NCBI GenBank assembly: GCA_964571725.1
Contig: CAZNDB010000003.1
Coordinates: 127,797-191,796 of the forward strand
Direction of reading: 5' to 3'
Length of the DNA stretch: 64,000 nucleotides
From: an uncultured Candidatus Peribacteria bacterium
Lineage (GTDB): Bacteria > Patescibacteriota > Gracilibacteria > UBA1369
The position numbers were made by a program, and so were the translations under genes. Shown piece after piece: positions 25,754 to 35,538 of this stretch. The notes beneath the pieces were generated by a model. The model did not search any database and had not been told where the DNA came from. It saw nothing but the letters and a program-made list of their open reading frames with translations. The first letter of the stretch is position 1, and each line of letters begins with the position of its first letter.

Positions 25754-28700
25754 CTATTTGGCAGGAGCGGTTTGAGAACTGGCAGAGGACACTGTATCCT
25801 TTGGTTGATCGGTTCCATACAGTACTTTCTGATTGTTATAAAAATACCGCATTTGGTCCTGCGTGACAGATCCTTGCTTCAAGGCAGCAATGAAACTTTC
25901 TACAGTCATCCCTTGAGGCGGTACCAAAATATTTTTTATTTCTGGAAATTTATTGATCGTATCAGCAATTGTCCTCTGACCTGCTGAACCAACATTATAA
26001 TTGGATTCTACAATCAAGACACCAATTTTTCTGCCAGCTTCTCTGGCGGCATCAGTTCCTTCCCGTTCTCTGGTCATTACCGGCACAGCTTCCGGAACAT
26101 TGCCTATTGTGGCCGGAGCTTTAGGCGCCTGGGCTGGGGGAACCTGTGCTGGAGCCGCTTGGGGTTTTACCGAAACACCAGCCAGATAACCGGGCTCGTT
26201 ATTAACGGCCATATTGATCAGGGTTGAAACGGCATTTTTTTCAGCGTTCATGGCCATATGTCTGTTTCCCCCCTCCACAAAATTGTTCCAACCCGGTGCG
26301 ACAGATATTTCCATCCCCTGTGATGTTTTATAAAAATTCAGGGTCAGGGGTTTTTCGTTACCAGGCATTCCAGCCCGGACATTGAAACTGACTGAGTTTT
26401 CCGATACCGAGGAATTTCCTTCAATTCTTGACAAGAATAATTTACTCGTATCAAAATTTTCAGTTTGATTAATCTTGTTTAACGCAGCTAAAGGCAACTC
26501 TTTCCAGTTTGGAGAGTTGGCAAATTCTTTAAAAGTTGGATAAGGTTTTGTCTTTGCCTCCTGATATTCCTTTTGGGCTGCTGCTTGAGTCTCCTGATCC
26601 TTTTTATAACGGGGATATTCTTTCTTATTTTTCTTATTTTTCTCATTTTCCTGATATTCCTTATAAAAGGTCTTGGGGTATTTGATGACTTTAATTAAAG
26701 CCTCCTGAAAACGACGGTCATAGGTCTGCAAAGGCTCCGTGCTTTTCATCGCGCCAAGTTTAGTCTGAACCGCTTTCAAAGCTTCCTCCATTCCGGCGGC
26801 ATAAGCCTTTTGGGCTTCGACAAAATCTCCATAACCCATTGTATTCCAACCCGCTTCCGTCTGATCTGCGTTCAACAGAACTCCAACAAAAGCCCGCGTA
26901 CTGGGCAGATTTTTTAAGATATTCTTACCGTCCTTCTCCATTGGTAACTTTTCGTTATCATTGACCACGCTATCAAAGTTTTTTCTGAACGGAGTCCCGG
27001 CAATAATTTTCCTGACCCGTGATTGGTACGAAGAACTCTCGGTATTTTCCCCGTCTTTGGGTTTCAATTCCGCAATGGGAAGTTTTGAGATCAACTCCCA
27101 CATCTGCTTAATATAATATAACACTTTTACTTTTTCACCAGTCCCTGCCGGAGTACTATCCCCCACTTCTTTGGCCAGTAAATATTTTCTTACCCTTTCA
27201 TAATTTTCCAGTTTTGGAACGCCCTTTAAAACATTATCAACAGCTGCAATTTTTATTTTGTTGTCATTGGGCACTTCTGTCGGTTCCTTGTCATCATGCA
27301 AAACATTAATCTTCGGTTTCGGTTCCTCCGGAGGTTTCGGCTGTTCCTTACCAGGTTCCACAGTAGCCGGTTGTTCTTTTGGGGGTTCCAATCCCTGCGG
27401 TTTGACTATGAAATAGCCCTCATTTCTGGCCCGGCGAAACTCCTGTAAATTCGGTTCCGTCGGTGTACCCAAATTAAACATTCTGGCGGACATTCCATCG
27501 ATCGAAAGATAAGCAAGTCCATCCGGCGACATCGAAGTTATGCGTACATTATCAGGCCTTTCAAACGTACCGCCGAATGTGGCGGAATGCTTGGCGTTAA
27601 AATTATCCAGCATTTTACCAAGTCCTTGTTCAGATACCTTCTCTCCCCCCTTGGTAGTCATCTGTTCCTTCTGTACAGCCAGCAAGCTTAAAGCCTTATT
27701 AACTGCCATTCCTGGTTCTCCGTGAAAAGTCCCCAATTGTTGCCCGAGGGGAATCAGATTAAACTTAAAATCTCCATTACCGTTATGAATTATTTGCAGG
27801 CTCTGAGGCGGATCAAGTTTCTGCATCCAGTCAATCACCAGGATATGCCCCTTGTCTCCGGATTCCTGTACTTTACCGTTTGCGGCTTCCATATTGCGCA
27901 TAGATCTGATATTCAATACCTCTCCGGCATTCAGACTTCGCGCCATTGATTGAATCAATTTCAATCCTTTTTCTGGCCCCTTTTCAGTTCCCATTTCTTC
28001 AAAAAACCTTCTTTCCATTTCCGCCTGCTCATCGCGGGGATCTCTGTCATCCGGATGTTCCGCCCTATCCTGTAATTGTTTTAGAGTTCTCATCATATCC
28101 GAAAAACCACCTGCCCTAAAACGGTATTCACCTTGGCGATTAACACTGCTATGTACAACCCTGACATCTAGTTCGCCATGCAGCAATGACTTAATATTAA
28201 CGCGCGGATCTTTGGACAGCCCCACAGCCCAGTCAAATTCATATTGTACTCCTCCGTCTTTATCTTCGGGACCATTATCAACAGTCAATCCCCAGGCCTC
28301 AAAATTCGACTTATCTCTGACGGTCTTACTTTGAGCTTCCTGTAAGATAGACCCGTCATTTAATCTGGCCGCATAATACTTTTGCGCTTCCTGTAATCCG
28401 GCTTTTCCTTCAGCTTTAGGGTTATAGTCCGACAGAATTTTCCCGGAATCCATCCGCAAATAATAATCACCACTCTTACCTTTATAGAAATCACAGGCGA
28501 TTGCTCCATCACCAAGGGGAACATTTACCTTCACCGGAGGCCCGTCATTATATTGCAATATTTGCTGCAAAGCTGGCAAATACCGTTTATCCACCTCCGC
28601 AACATCTTTTTTATTTAATAATTTTGCCACCTCCTGTTCAGTCCCGTCTAGGGCCGTTGATTTGGGTTCTTTATCGGCCTTTTCCTGTGCAGCCTTGGCA

Positions 28701-29872
28701 ACCGCTTCCTTCCCTTTCTCCTGAGCCCGGACCGAAAGATTATCATGGGCATAGGCCAAATGTTGCCCGCCATTGGCTTCCGGACCGTATAACACTTTCA
28801 ATGGATTACTGCTTGGCGCTTTCCCGCCTTCTTTCAAAAACACAAACACACCGTTTTCTATTCTCACATTGGTGTAGCCTTGTCCGGTTAGTTTGTTGAT
28901 AAAATTAGTGTATTTTTCTGCCGGTGATTTATTGGACGGATCATCGGCATTTATATAACTTTGCAAAGCCGTTTCCATTTCAGCCGCAGTAATTGGTTTG
29001 CCCTTATCCCTGGTTATTGAAGCTTCTAGAGATTTAACCAAGTCCGACAGACTCACGCTGGGATCAAGTTTTGGCGCATTATTCCCGCTCACCTTCTCCA
29101 GATTCTCCGGTTTGGTGCGCTCCCGGTTGGCAGCCTCCTGTTTGGCCTTGGCTTCACTGTCTTTTTTCTCGGCCTGACGGCGATTCATATAATTCTTGGA
29201 TTCCTCACTGGTGGCTGTCATTTGTATCGGAGAAGATATCAGTTTTTTTTCTTTATCAAAAAACCGCCATTTCCCGTTTTCAATCGCGAATGAAGCAATT
29301 TTGTTGTCCTTCAGCCACCGGTTTATCTCAGTATTCCGTGCCGCCTGTTTTTCTCCTGCAGTCTTTTTCCCATTATCTATTGCACCAATTTTATCCGCGC
29401 TACTAGCCCTTTCCAGAATTCCTGTCATCATATCATCCACCATCCTTTCAATCGTAAACTTATTATCGGTTTTTTGAATTTCCTGCACGGCATTTTTAAT
29501 ATCGGCATTGCCCTTCAGAGTATTTCTCAAACTGACCGCATCGGGCCGGGGCTTCATATCAATATGTTTGTCCGTACCGGTCTTCAGCTGATCATATTGT
29601 TTTTCAATATTGTTCAATCTCTCTCCTGCCTGTTTGTCCCGCTCGGCTTTTTCCTGGGCATCTTTGGCCTCCTTGGCCTTTTTGGCCGCGTCGTCAGAAT
29701 CCGCAGCAGTATCTGGCTTGTTCACATCAAAAACCATTCTCTTCTGCAGAAAAATCCATTTTTCCGGATTCTGTTTAGGAATAAATGTTGTCATTGTCTT
29801 GAATATTATTATTTTCTTTGTTTTTGTTGGACATCTGATCGATGATTCTCTGCCTGGCCAACTTGGCGTCAT
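25754..29872 (-). CDS. giant orphan protein (1372 aa as drawn), last gene of the pilin operon
   Basis: Uninterrupted 4.1-kb ORF with no signal peptide, TM helix or enzyme motif. It has K/E-rich and P/A/Q-rich linkers and an internal repeat (FAIENGKWRFFDKEKKLISSP versus VRIENGVFVFLKEGGKAPSSNP). The start is uncertain: ATGs at 29872, 29794 (MTTFIPK) and 29737 (MVFDV). Confidence 0.8.
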   Translation of the reverse strand: MTPSWPGRESSIRCPTKTKKIIIFKTMTTFIPKQNPEKWIFLQKRMVFDVNKPDTAADSDDAAKKAKEAKDAQEKAERDKQAGERLNNIEKQYDQLKTGTDKHIDMKPRPDAVSLRNTLKGNADIKNAVQEIQKTDNKFTIERMVDDMMTGILERASSADKIGAIDNGKKTAGEKQAARNTEINRWLKDNKIASFAIENGKWRFFDKEKKLISSPIQMTATSEESKNYMNRRQAEKKDSEAKAKQEAANRERTKPENLEKVSGNNAPKLDPSVSLSDLVKSLEASITRDKGKPITAAEMETALQSYINADDPSNKSPAEKYTNFINKLTGQGYTNVRIENGVFVFLKEGGKAPSSNPLKVLYGPEANGGQHLAYAHDNLSVRAQEKGKEAVAKAAQEKADKEPKSTALDGTEQEVAKLLNKKDVAEVDKRYLPALQQILQYNDGPPVKVNVPLGDGAIACDFYKGKSGDYYLRMDSGKILSDYNPKAEGKAGLQEAQKYYAARLNDGSILQEAQSKTVRDKSNFEAWGLTVDNGPEDKDGGVQYEFDWAVGLSKDPRVNIKSLLHGELDVRVVHSSVNRQGEYRFRAGGFSDMMRTLKQLQDRAEHPDDRDPRDEQAEMERRFFEEMGTEKGPEKGLKLIQSMARSLNAGEVLNIRSMRNMEAANGKVQESGDKGHILVIDWMQKLDPPQSLQIIHNGNGDFKFNLIPLGQQLGTFHGEPGMAVNKALSLLAVQKEQMTTKGGEKVSEQGLGKMLDNFNAKHSATFGGTFERPDNVRITSMSPDGLAYLSIDGMSARMFNLGTPTEPNLQEFRRARNEGYFIVKPQGLEPPKEQPATVEPGKEQPKPPEEPKPKINVLHDDKEPTEVPNDNKIKIAAVDNVLKGVPKLENYERVRKYLLAKEVGDSTPAGTGEKVKVLYYIKQMWELISKLPIAELKPKDGENTESSSYQSRVRKIIAGTPFRKNFDSVVNDNEKLPMEKDGKNILKNLPSTRAFVGVLLNADQTEAGWNTMGYGDFVEAQKAYAAGMEEALKAVQTKLGAMKSTEPLQTYDRRFQEALIKVIKYPKTFYKEYQENEKNKKNKKEYPRYKKDQETQAAAQKEYQEAKTKPYPTFKEFANSPNWKELPLAALNKINQTENFDTSKLFLSRIEGNSSVSENSVSFNVRAGMPGNEKPLTLNFYKTSQGMEISVAPGWNNFVEGGNRHMAMNAEKNAVSTLINMAVNNEPGYLAGVSVKPQAAPAQVPPAQAPKAPATIGNVPEAVPVMTREREGTDAAREAGRKIGVLIVESNYNVGSAGQRTIADTINKFPEIKNILVPPQGMTVESFIAALKQGSVTQDQMRYFYNNQKVLYGTDQPKDTVSSASSQTAPAK

Positions 29873-30314
29873 ACTTGACCCGCCCTCTTTCCACCTCCCG
29901 AAACCTCATCACCCGCGGGGCTATCGGGAATTCCAGCGGAACGGTTTTCAGGGCTAATTTTTCCTCGCCCCGGTAAAAATCAACCTCACCGCCCACGATC
30001 CCAATATAATTGGCTCCCTCGGCAATTTTCTGCATCCAGACATCCTCAATCTTCTGTCCGGCCTGCAAATATTTCTCCAGAGAAGCCATCGCTTTTCCCG
30101 GCAAATCGGGATCATAAGGTTTCACGTTGTCTCGAAGCAGTTCCAAAGTTTTATCAATATCAGCGGAAATCGGACAGCCACCGTTAAATTTTTTCCCCGC
30201 ATCTTCCTGCTCCGCAAACTTTTGCAGGCGCAGGTCCAGCGGAGGTCTGCCGGTATTCGCACCGTCATCCCTGACCGGTTCCGCATCCAAATTGTGGGTC
30301 ATATCATTTACCAT
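29775..30314 (-). CDS. hypothetical protein (179 aa, no signal peptide)
   Basis: ORF whose ATG overlaps the stop of the PilX-like gene by 4 nt and whose stop overlaps the giant ORF. No recognisable motif. Confidence 0.6.
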   Translation of the reverse strand: MVNDMTHNLDAEPVRDDGANTGRPPLDLRLQKFAEQEDAGKKFNGGCPISADIDKTLELLRDNVKPYDPDLPGKAMASLEKYLQAGQKIEDVWMQKIAEGANYIGIVGGEVDFYRGEEKLALKTVPLEFPIAPRVMRFREVERGRVKYDAKLARQRIIDQMSNKNKENNNIQDNDNIYS

Positions 30315-30316
30315 GA

Positions 30317-31660
30317 CTACTGATTATTTGTGTTTACTGTTTCCGCTTCATTGCGGGTCCTATATAAAGAAAAATTGAACACCGGTAAAAATCCCGGAGC
30401 TTTGTATCTGACATCCAGGCTCTTGGTCACAGTACCGGCGGCTGAAAATCCCCGGCTGCTGATCTCGGCAAAATCTTTGACCAGTTTGGGAGCCTCCTGA
30501 CCCGCAGACCCGGCCTCAGCTTGCGTATCACGCCTGGCCAGTACGCGGTAATAGATATCAGCCCGGGCCAGCTGGCTGGGATCCTTCAGATTGGCAATTC
30601 CGGCCACGTTGGGATTAACCATGTTGGTCAGAATCAGATAATTCTCTTTGTGATTATCAATAAAGTCGCGCATCTGACAGCCGGTCGCATCGCCTATGGT
30701 GGTTCCCTTGATCAAAGCCCCGCCGGTTACGGCCACTCCGGCATCGGTCTGATAACACTCACGGGCAGCGGACCAGAGAGTCACATCACTCAAATCGGTA
30801 TTTTCACCAAGCTTGGGAGGTTTCGGACTTAAACTGGGAAACACGCAGGTTTCAGCCTTTGCCCCGCTTACCGCCCGTATATTGGCATCAGTACCGATAC
30901 AAACAGGACGGTCTGGACTGTTGTTGGTAACCCCGGGATAAAAATCGGCAATAGATTCCGTTCTCTGTACCCCGCTGTCAACCAGGGGCTTACCGTAAAT
31001 TTTCCAGCGCAACACATCAAACTCTTCCAGTTTCATTCCCTGCAAGGGACCGTATAAATCACTGCCGTCCCTCAAATTCAAATAATATTCAATCAAAAAA
31101 TCATTTACCGAAACAGTCGAATCGCCATCATCCTCCGCGCTGTACAACGGAATGATATGGGTCTCGTTCAATCCCAGTTTTCTGTAGGTGGCTTTGGGAC
31201 AATCTTCGTATACCTGCTGTCTGGAATAGGCTATCGCCATCGGATTGCGGGCGTTACTGATCTGACAATCCGCGTTTATCTGCCCGCCGTCCACTCCGGC
31301 CACCCTGTCCACAAAAATCGGCTGACCCTGGGGAAATCCGGGAATGGAGTCAGTGCGGTTACTGGTGGAATAACCGTAGGAAAAAGACGGATCAATCTCA
31401 TCATTCGGGTCCGCCGCCAATTCGCCCCGCGGTTCTTTACCCGGTAAACTGTCGGAAAGCGCCAGCAAAGCATCCTCTACTCCGGCTTCCGCGGCATAAT
31501 AGGCCTTATTGGCATCCACAATCGACTGGGTAACCCGAATTTCTTTGAGCACCAACGTGCTTATACCCAAAGTCATGGTCATTAAAACACCTAACATCAA
31601 TAAAGTGATCAGCAGAGCCGAGCCTTTTTTCAACACCGGATTTTGATGCGGTTTAATCAT
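30317..31660 (-). CDS. PilX-like type IV minor pilin / pilus assembly protein
   Basis: 447 aa. The N-terminus KKGSALLITLLMLGVLMTMTLGISTLVL is the PilX-N type hydrophobic segment and lacks Glu5. Large variable globular domain. Confidence 0.65.
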   Translation of the reverse strand: MIKPHQNPVLKKGSALLITLLMLGVLMTMTLGISTLVLKEIRVTQSIVDANKAYYAAEAGVEDALLALSDSLPGKEPRGELAADPNDEIDPSFSYGYSTSNRTDSIPGFPQGQPIFVDRVAGVDGGQINADCQISNARNPMAIAYSRQQVYEDCPKATYRKLGLNETHIIPLYSAEDDGDSTVSVNDFLIEYYLNLRDGSDLYGPLQGMKLEEFDVLRWKIYGKPLVDSGVQRTESIADFYPGVTNNSPDRPVCIGTDANIRAVSGAKAETCVFPSLSPKPPKLGENTDLSDVTLWSAARECYQTDAGVAVTGGALIKGTTIGDATGCQMRDFIDNHKENYLILTNMVNPNVAGIANLKDPSQLARADIYYRVLARRDTQAEAGSAGQEAPKLVKDFAEISSRGFSAAGTVTKSLDVRYKAPGFLPVFNFSLYRTRNEAETVNTNNQ

Positions 31661-32346
31661 TAATTTCTGGCGGTGATTAAGGTCTGATATTTCAAATCAA
31701 ATTTAACCGTGTCCAATTTCGATCCCACGTCCAGATACATTCTCACCATCGGTTGCAGCTGGGTGGCCAGATCTTTTGCCGAACCGGCACCCTGGGGATC
31801 TTTCTGGGGCAATATTTCAAAACGCACGTCGTTCACTTTCAGATTGGAGAAAGCAAATTCTTTGTAATCTCCGCAACCGTTTCCTTCACCCTCCGTTGCA
31901 GCATTCTCATAACCGCTTTCCAGCTGCCACGAACCGTTCAGACTCCTGTATCTCTTCAGACAGACTTTCTGCGTCACCGGATCAAATTTAATAATGCTGC
32001 TGGTTAAACCGTCCCGGGAAATGGTGCGAAGATTATCACCGGAACTAACCGTCAGAAGAGCGGAATCGTAACATCTCACCAGTGACATCTGATTGAAAAC
32101 GATGTTTTCCCCGAAATCCTGGTTATAACAAAAATAATCCACGGTTCCTTCGCGCATTTCATTGTTCACGTAATCCACAAAATTGCGCAGTTCGGAATAA
32201 ATCTGTCTGGTTTCATTGGCCGACTTCTGAGCCCGTATCACCTGCAGATAAGCGTCAACGGCAACCACCATAAACCCCATGAAGATAGCAATTGCAATCA
32301 GCAATTCGATCAGGGTGAAACCTTTTTGTCTTTTGGGGTTTTTCAT
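31660..32346 (-). CDS. prepilin-type N-terminal cleavage/methylation domain protein (minor pilin)
   Basis: 228 aa. MKNPKRQKG|FTLIELLIAIAIF is a canonical class III signal. Confidence 0.85.
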   Translation of the reverse strand: MKNPKRQKGFTLIELLIAIAIFMGFMVVAVDAYLQVIRAQKSANETRQIYSELRNFVDYVNNEMREGTVDYFCYNQDFGENIVFNQMSLVRCYDSALLTVSSGDNLRTISRDGLTSSIIKFDPVTQKVCLKRYRSLNGSWQLESGYENAATEGEGNGCGDYKEFAFSNLKVNDVRFEILPQKDPQGAGSAKDLATQLQPMVRMYLDVGSKLDTVKFDLKYQTLITARN

Positions 32347-33077
32347 TATCTCCAGTCAGTTAAATTGGTGGTCAGAACAACTTTTCTGGGTATTCCGTTT
32401 ATCCCCTCCCAGGTAACAATCGAATTTATCCGGAGAGAATTAATCTCTCCCTTATCGGATAGAACAGGTTGAATGCGAATCATTCTGTGAAAGGCAGTGG
32501 CCTGAGCGGAAGAAGGAATCTCCGTATAATTATCGGTTTGAAAATATCTAAACCTGCTTTGAATCTGAGCATCGGCGCCGGCTTCGCCCTGATCAAGATA
32601 AACCAAGGTGGAATCGGATTTTGACAGATCCTGCCAGGTGGCCTGTTCCAGTTTGACCAGACTGACCGGCAGACAAAGCTTCAGATTTAATTTATCGCAG
32701 CTCAAAGACGGATTCTCAAAAGTAACCAGTTTGAAAAAAGACTCTCCGTTCAAAACGTTGTCTTCATAAAGTTTTTCGCCCCAGAAAGAGAACTGGTCAA
32801 CGGAATTTTTTTTGGCACCGTCAAAACCAAGTCCCAGATAGACGTTGGAATCGCGTATAAACCTGACTGCTTCCAACCCTTCCTGGGCCAGGCCGTTGGC
32901 AATCAGACTGCTGACATTATCCGAATTGGTTCTCATCACCACGCTGAGAATGCTGACCGCGCTGGTAATCACCATGGCCAAAACGCTAAAAGAGATTATT
33001 ACCTCCGGCAACGTAAAAGCCATCTGGCGGAGAGAGTTTTTTACAATTTCTGATTGTCGTTTTTCTGCAGTCATCAA
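32346..33077 (-). CDS. minor pilin-like protein with non-canonical class III signal
   Basis: 243 aa. ...LRQMA|FTLPEVIISFSVLAMV has Ala rather than Gly at position -1, with Glu5 retained (PilV/GspI-like). Confidence 0.65.
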   Translation of the reverse strand: MMTAEKRQSEIVKNSLRQMAFTLPEVIISFSVLAMVITSAVSILSVVMRTNSDNVSSLIANGLAQEGLEAVRFIRDSNVYLGLGFDGAKKNSVDQFSFWGEKLYEDNVLNGESFFKLVTFENPSLSCDKLNLKLCLPVSLVKLEQATWQDLSKSDSTLVYLDQGEAGADAQIQSRFRYFQTDNYTEIPSSAQATAFHRMIRIQPVLSDKGEINSLRINSIVTWEGINGIPRKVVLTTNLTDWR

Positions 33078-33097
33078 AAATTCTAATTTATCCCTTA

Positions 33098-33106
33098 ATT
33101 ATACCA
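33098..33106 (-). promoter_or_regulatory. extended -10 element TGGTATAAT (minus strand) upstream of the minor-pilin genes
   Basis: The reverse complement of 33098-33106 reads TGGTATAAT, located just after the major-pilin terminator. Confidence 0.4.
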
Positions 33107-33131
33107 AAAAAACAGCTTTTTTAAAAGCCGT
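33105..33131 (-). terminator. rho-independent terminator after the major pilin gene
   Basis: Minus strand ACGGCTTTT-AA-AAAAGCTGT (one mismatch) followed by TTTTTTT. Confidence 0.5.
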
Positions 33132-33158
33132 ATCCTCCCTCTTTTGACCTAAAATCAG

Positions 33159-33776
33159 TTAGATTCTTCTGACCGCTCCCGTAGACAAATCAAATTCCAC
33201 TTGTCTGTCCAGATCCGGCGAATCCACGTCACCCACTTTGAAAGTCACAATTTGGCTTACCGGTCTGACCAAACTATCCTGCTGCAGCTCCAGAATTTGT
33301 CCAAAAGGAGGTTTAAAATAATAGGTATTTTCCGTTCCCTCACCAATTAAAATCACTTTTCCGGTAAAAACTTCGGATTTTCTCCAGTTTTCTGCGCCGG
33401 GAACCCTTTGACAACTGTCCACAACGCCGTTTTCGCCCTCCGCGACGTAATTGGTCTGGGCAGTAAATAATCCGGCTTTGGTTTCGTCCGTACCGGTAAC
33501 AATTTTAACCGCGTAACACTGCAAAACCGATTTATCGGGTTCCGTACTGGTACTTTCCTGCCGCACTACATTGCCGCTTCTGGCCAACACCTGCACTTCC
33601 CGCAAAGTGGAGACCAGCGTATCGGTGGCAAATTCCACCCGGGCCTGTCTTTCCACGGCGGCATAATTGGCAACGGCGATCACCGTCATCAGGGCAATGA
33701 TACAAATAACAATCAGCAGTTCTATTAAAGTAAACCCTTTCTTCTGACCGGATATTTGTTCGGACCTCTGTTTCAT
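33159..33776 (-). CDS. type IV pilin (probable major pilin)
   Basis: 205 aa. MKQRSEQISGQKKG|FTLIELLIVICIIALMTVIAVANY is a canonical type IVa signal. Two Cys in the globular domain. A terminator follows the gene. Confidence 0.85.
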   Translation of the reverse strand: MKQRSEQISGQKKGFTLIELLIVICIIALMTVIAVANYAAVERQARVEFATDTLVSTLREVQVLARSGNVVRQESTSTEPDKSVLQCYAVKIVTGTDETKAGLFTAQTNYVAEGENGVVDSCQRVPGAENWRKSEVFTGKVILIGEGTENTYYFKPPFGQILELQQDSLVRPVSQIVTFKVGDVDSPDLDRQVEFDLSTGAVRRI

Positions 33777-33780
33777 GAAA

Positions 33781-34971
33781 TTAAACTAAAGAGGACAATT
33801 TGAAGACCGGTGACAGAATCGCCAGGGCCAGCAGAGCCACCGTTACGCCCACCAGCACGATCATAATCGGCTCAAACAAGCTGGTCAGACGTTTCAGACT
33901 ATTATCAATTTCCTGATCATAATGTTCGGCAATTTTTTCTGAAATACGACCGATGGCAGCCGTCTGTTCACCTACCGACAGCATCTGGGTGACCGTTTCG
34001 GGAAAAAGAAAAGGAGAATCCATCAGAGCGGCGGAGATTTTTTCCCCGTCCCGCACCTTGGCAATCACCTCCCAGGTTTTCAGGGAATACATTTGGGAAG
34101 ACATACTTTGGGCAATAATTTCCAGGGATTTAATCACCGGCAACCCGGACTCGATCAATATTCCCAGATTGGATATAAAGCGCAGTACATAGACCTTTCT
34201 GAGCAGCACTCCGACTACCGGAAATTTCAATTTCATGATGTCCCAGCGATAACGACCTCCCTCCGATTCAGTCCAGATTTTGAAAAGAAAATAAATAACC
34301 AGCGCTCCGATTATAATGGCCCACCAATAAGATGTCAGAAAGGCCGAAATTGCAATCAGCAGCTTGGTCATTACGGGCATGTCGGACTCTTTCATACCAC
34401 CTTCCATCAAAAGTCCCACCAGCGAGGGGATAACAAAAGTCATCATGCCGGCGGCTGCGATAATCAAAACGCCCAACACGGCCAAAGGATAGATGGAAGC
34501 CGTAATCAGCTTCACCTGTAAAGTATTGGACTTATCCAGCTGAGCGGACAGCTTGAAAAGCATTTTATCCAGATTACCGGCGGCTTCGCCGGAACGAACA
34601 ATGCCAATCTCCATTTCCCCGAAAACATCGGCAAAACGGGAAAGGGCAGTGGAAAAAAGACTTCCCTGTTTCAGATTATAGGCGACGGTATTTAAAATTC
34701 TGGCAAAACGCACGCTTTCCGCCCGGGTAGCCAGGATATTCATGGCTGTAATCAGGGGAATGCCGGCATCAATCATCACTGCCAGCAGGTGAAAAAAATA
34801 AACTTTTTCCTGCAGGGAAATCCGGCCATGATCAATCAGAAAATCCTCCATACGGGTCAAAAGTCCGGCCCCGGAATTATCGTAAGTGCCATAAATTACT
34901 GATCTGCGCGGATCCTCTTTTACGGACTGCCTCAGTAACTTATCGATTTTTTTCTGATTGTTGTCTTCCAT
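33781..34971 (-). CDS. pilC: type IV pilus platform protein PilC (GspF family)
   Basis: 396 aa. Two T2SSF repeats (GEMEIGIVRSGEAAGNLDKML and QMLSVGEQTAAIGRISEKIAEHY) and three TM segments. Confidence 0.9.
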   Translation of the reverse strand: MEDNNQKKIDKLLRQSVKEDPRRSVIYGTYDNSGAGLLTRMEDFLIDHGRISLQEKVYFFHLLAVMIDAGIPLITAMNILATRAESVRFARILNTVAYNLKQGSLFSTALSRFADVFGEMEIGIVRSGEAAGNLDKMLFKLSAQLDKSNTLQVKLITASIYPLAVLGVLIIAAAGMMTFVIPSLVGLLMEGGMKESDMPVMTKLLIAISAFLTSYWWAIIIGALVIYFLFKIWTESEGGRYRWDIMKLKFPVVGVLLRKVYVLRFISNLGILIESGLPVIKSLEIIAQSMSSQMYSLKTWEVIAKVRDGEKISAALMDSPFLFPETVTQMLSVGEQTAAIGRISEKIAEHYDQEIDNSLKRLTSLFEPIMIVLVGVTVALLALAILSPVFKLSSLV

Positions 34972-34989
34972 TATGATAAGTTTAGCGGT

Positions 34990-35532
34990 TTAAAGACCGG
35001 CCTGGAAATAAGTTTCCAGACTGATACTGAAATTGACCCTGGCCATCCCTTCGGTCGTACCAAATTGAACGGTAATGTTCTTAACCACCATCTTGCGGGG
35101 GCTGTTTTCCAGTCCCTTCAAAAGTCTGATCAGATCGGATTCATTGCCGGTCATGCTGATGCTGACAGTTGCTTTCTTTAATTGTTCCTTAGACCCCAGT
35201 GGAATTGAAAAACTGATACTGCCAATGTTGACATCGTTTTTGCTGGCAATGTCAGTAATCAGGGTAATTAATTTATCCTGCTCAAATCTTTCCGGAACAG
35301 CCGTTAAAACTGTTTGTTGCTCAATCTCACCGGCACCCTGTAAATTGGCCTGAGCTGCCTGTAACGTTGCCAGCTGGTCTTCCGCGGTCTTTTTATCGGC
35401 TTCACGCGCCCGCTCGGTAACCCTGAGCGCGGATGTTTCATCCAGATTGGGTTTAAACCAGAATATTCCGACCGCCACCAGCGCCACCAGCAGGATCAGA
35501 CTGACTATTGAGGATGTATTATTACTTTTCAT
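34990..35532 (-). CDS. PilO-like pilus assembly protein
   Basis: 180 aa. Bitopic protein with an N-terminal TM, a coiled coil, and a ferredoxin-like C-terminal domain pattern. Position is downstream of the PilN-like gene. Confidence 0.6.
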   Translation of the reverse strand: MKSNNTSSIVSLILLVALVAVGIFWFKPNLDETSALRVTERAREADKKTAEDQLATLQAAQANLQGAGEIEQQTVLTAVPERFEQDKLITLITDIASKNDVNIGSISFSIPLGSKEQLKKATVSISMTGNESDLIRLLKGLENSPRKMVVKNITVQFGTTEGMARVNFSISLETYFQAGL

Positions 35533-35538
35533 ATTTAA

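Noticed and set aside
26580-26660. Apparent DNA tandem repeat (ttcttattttt ctt atttttc…)
   Set aside because: It is short and imperfect, and simply encodes a Lys/Asn/Glu-rich stretch (…ENEKNKKNKKEYP…) of the giant protein. It is not a structured repeat array.
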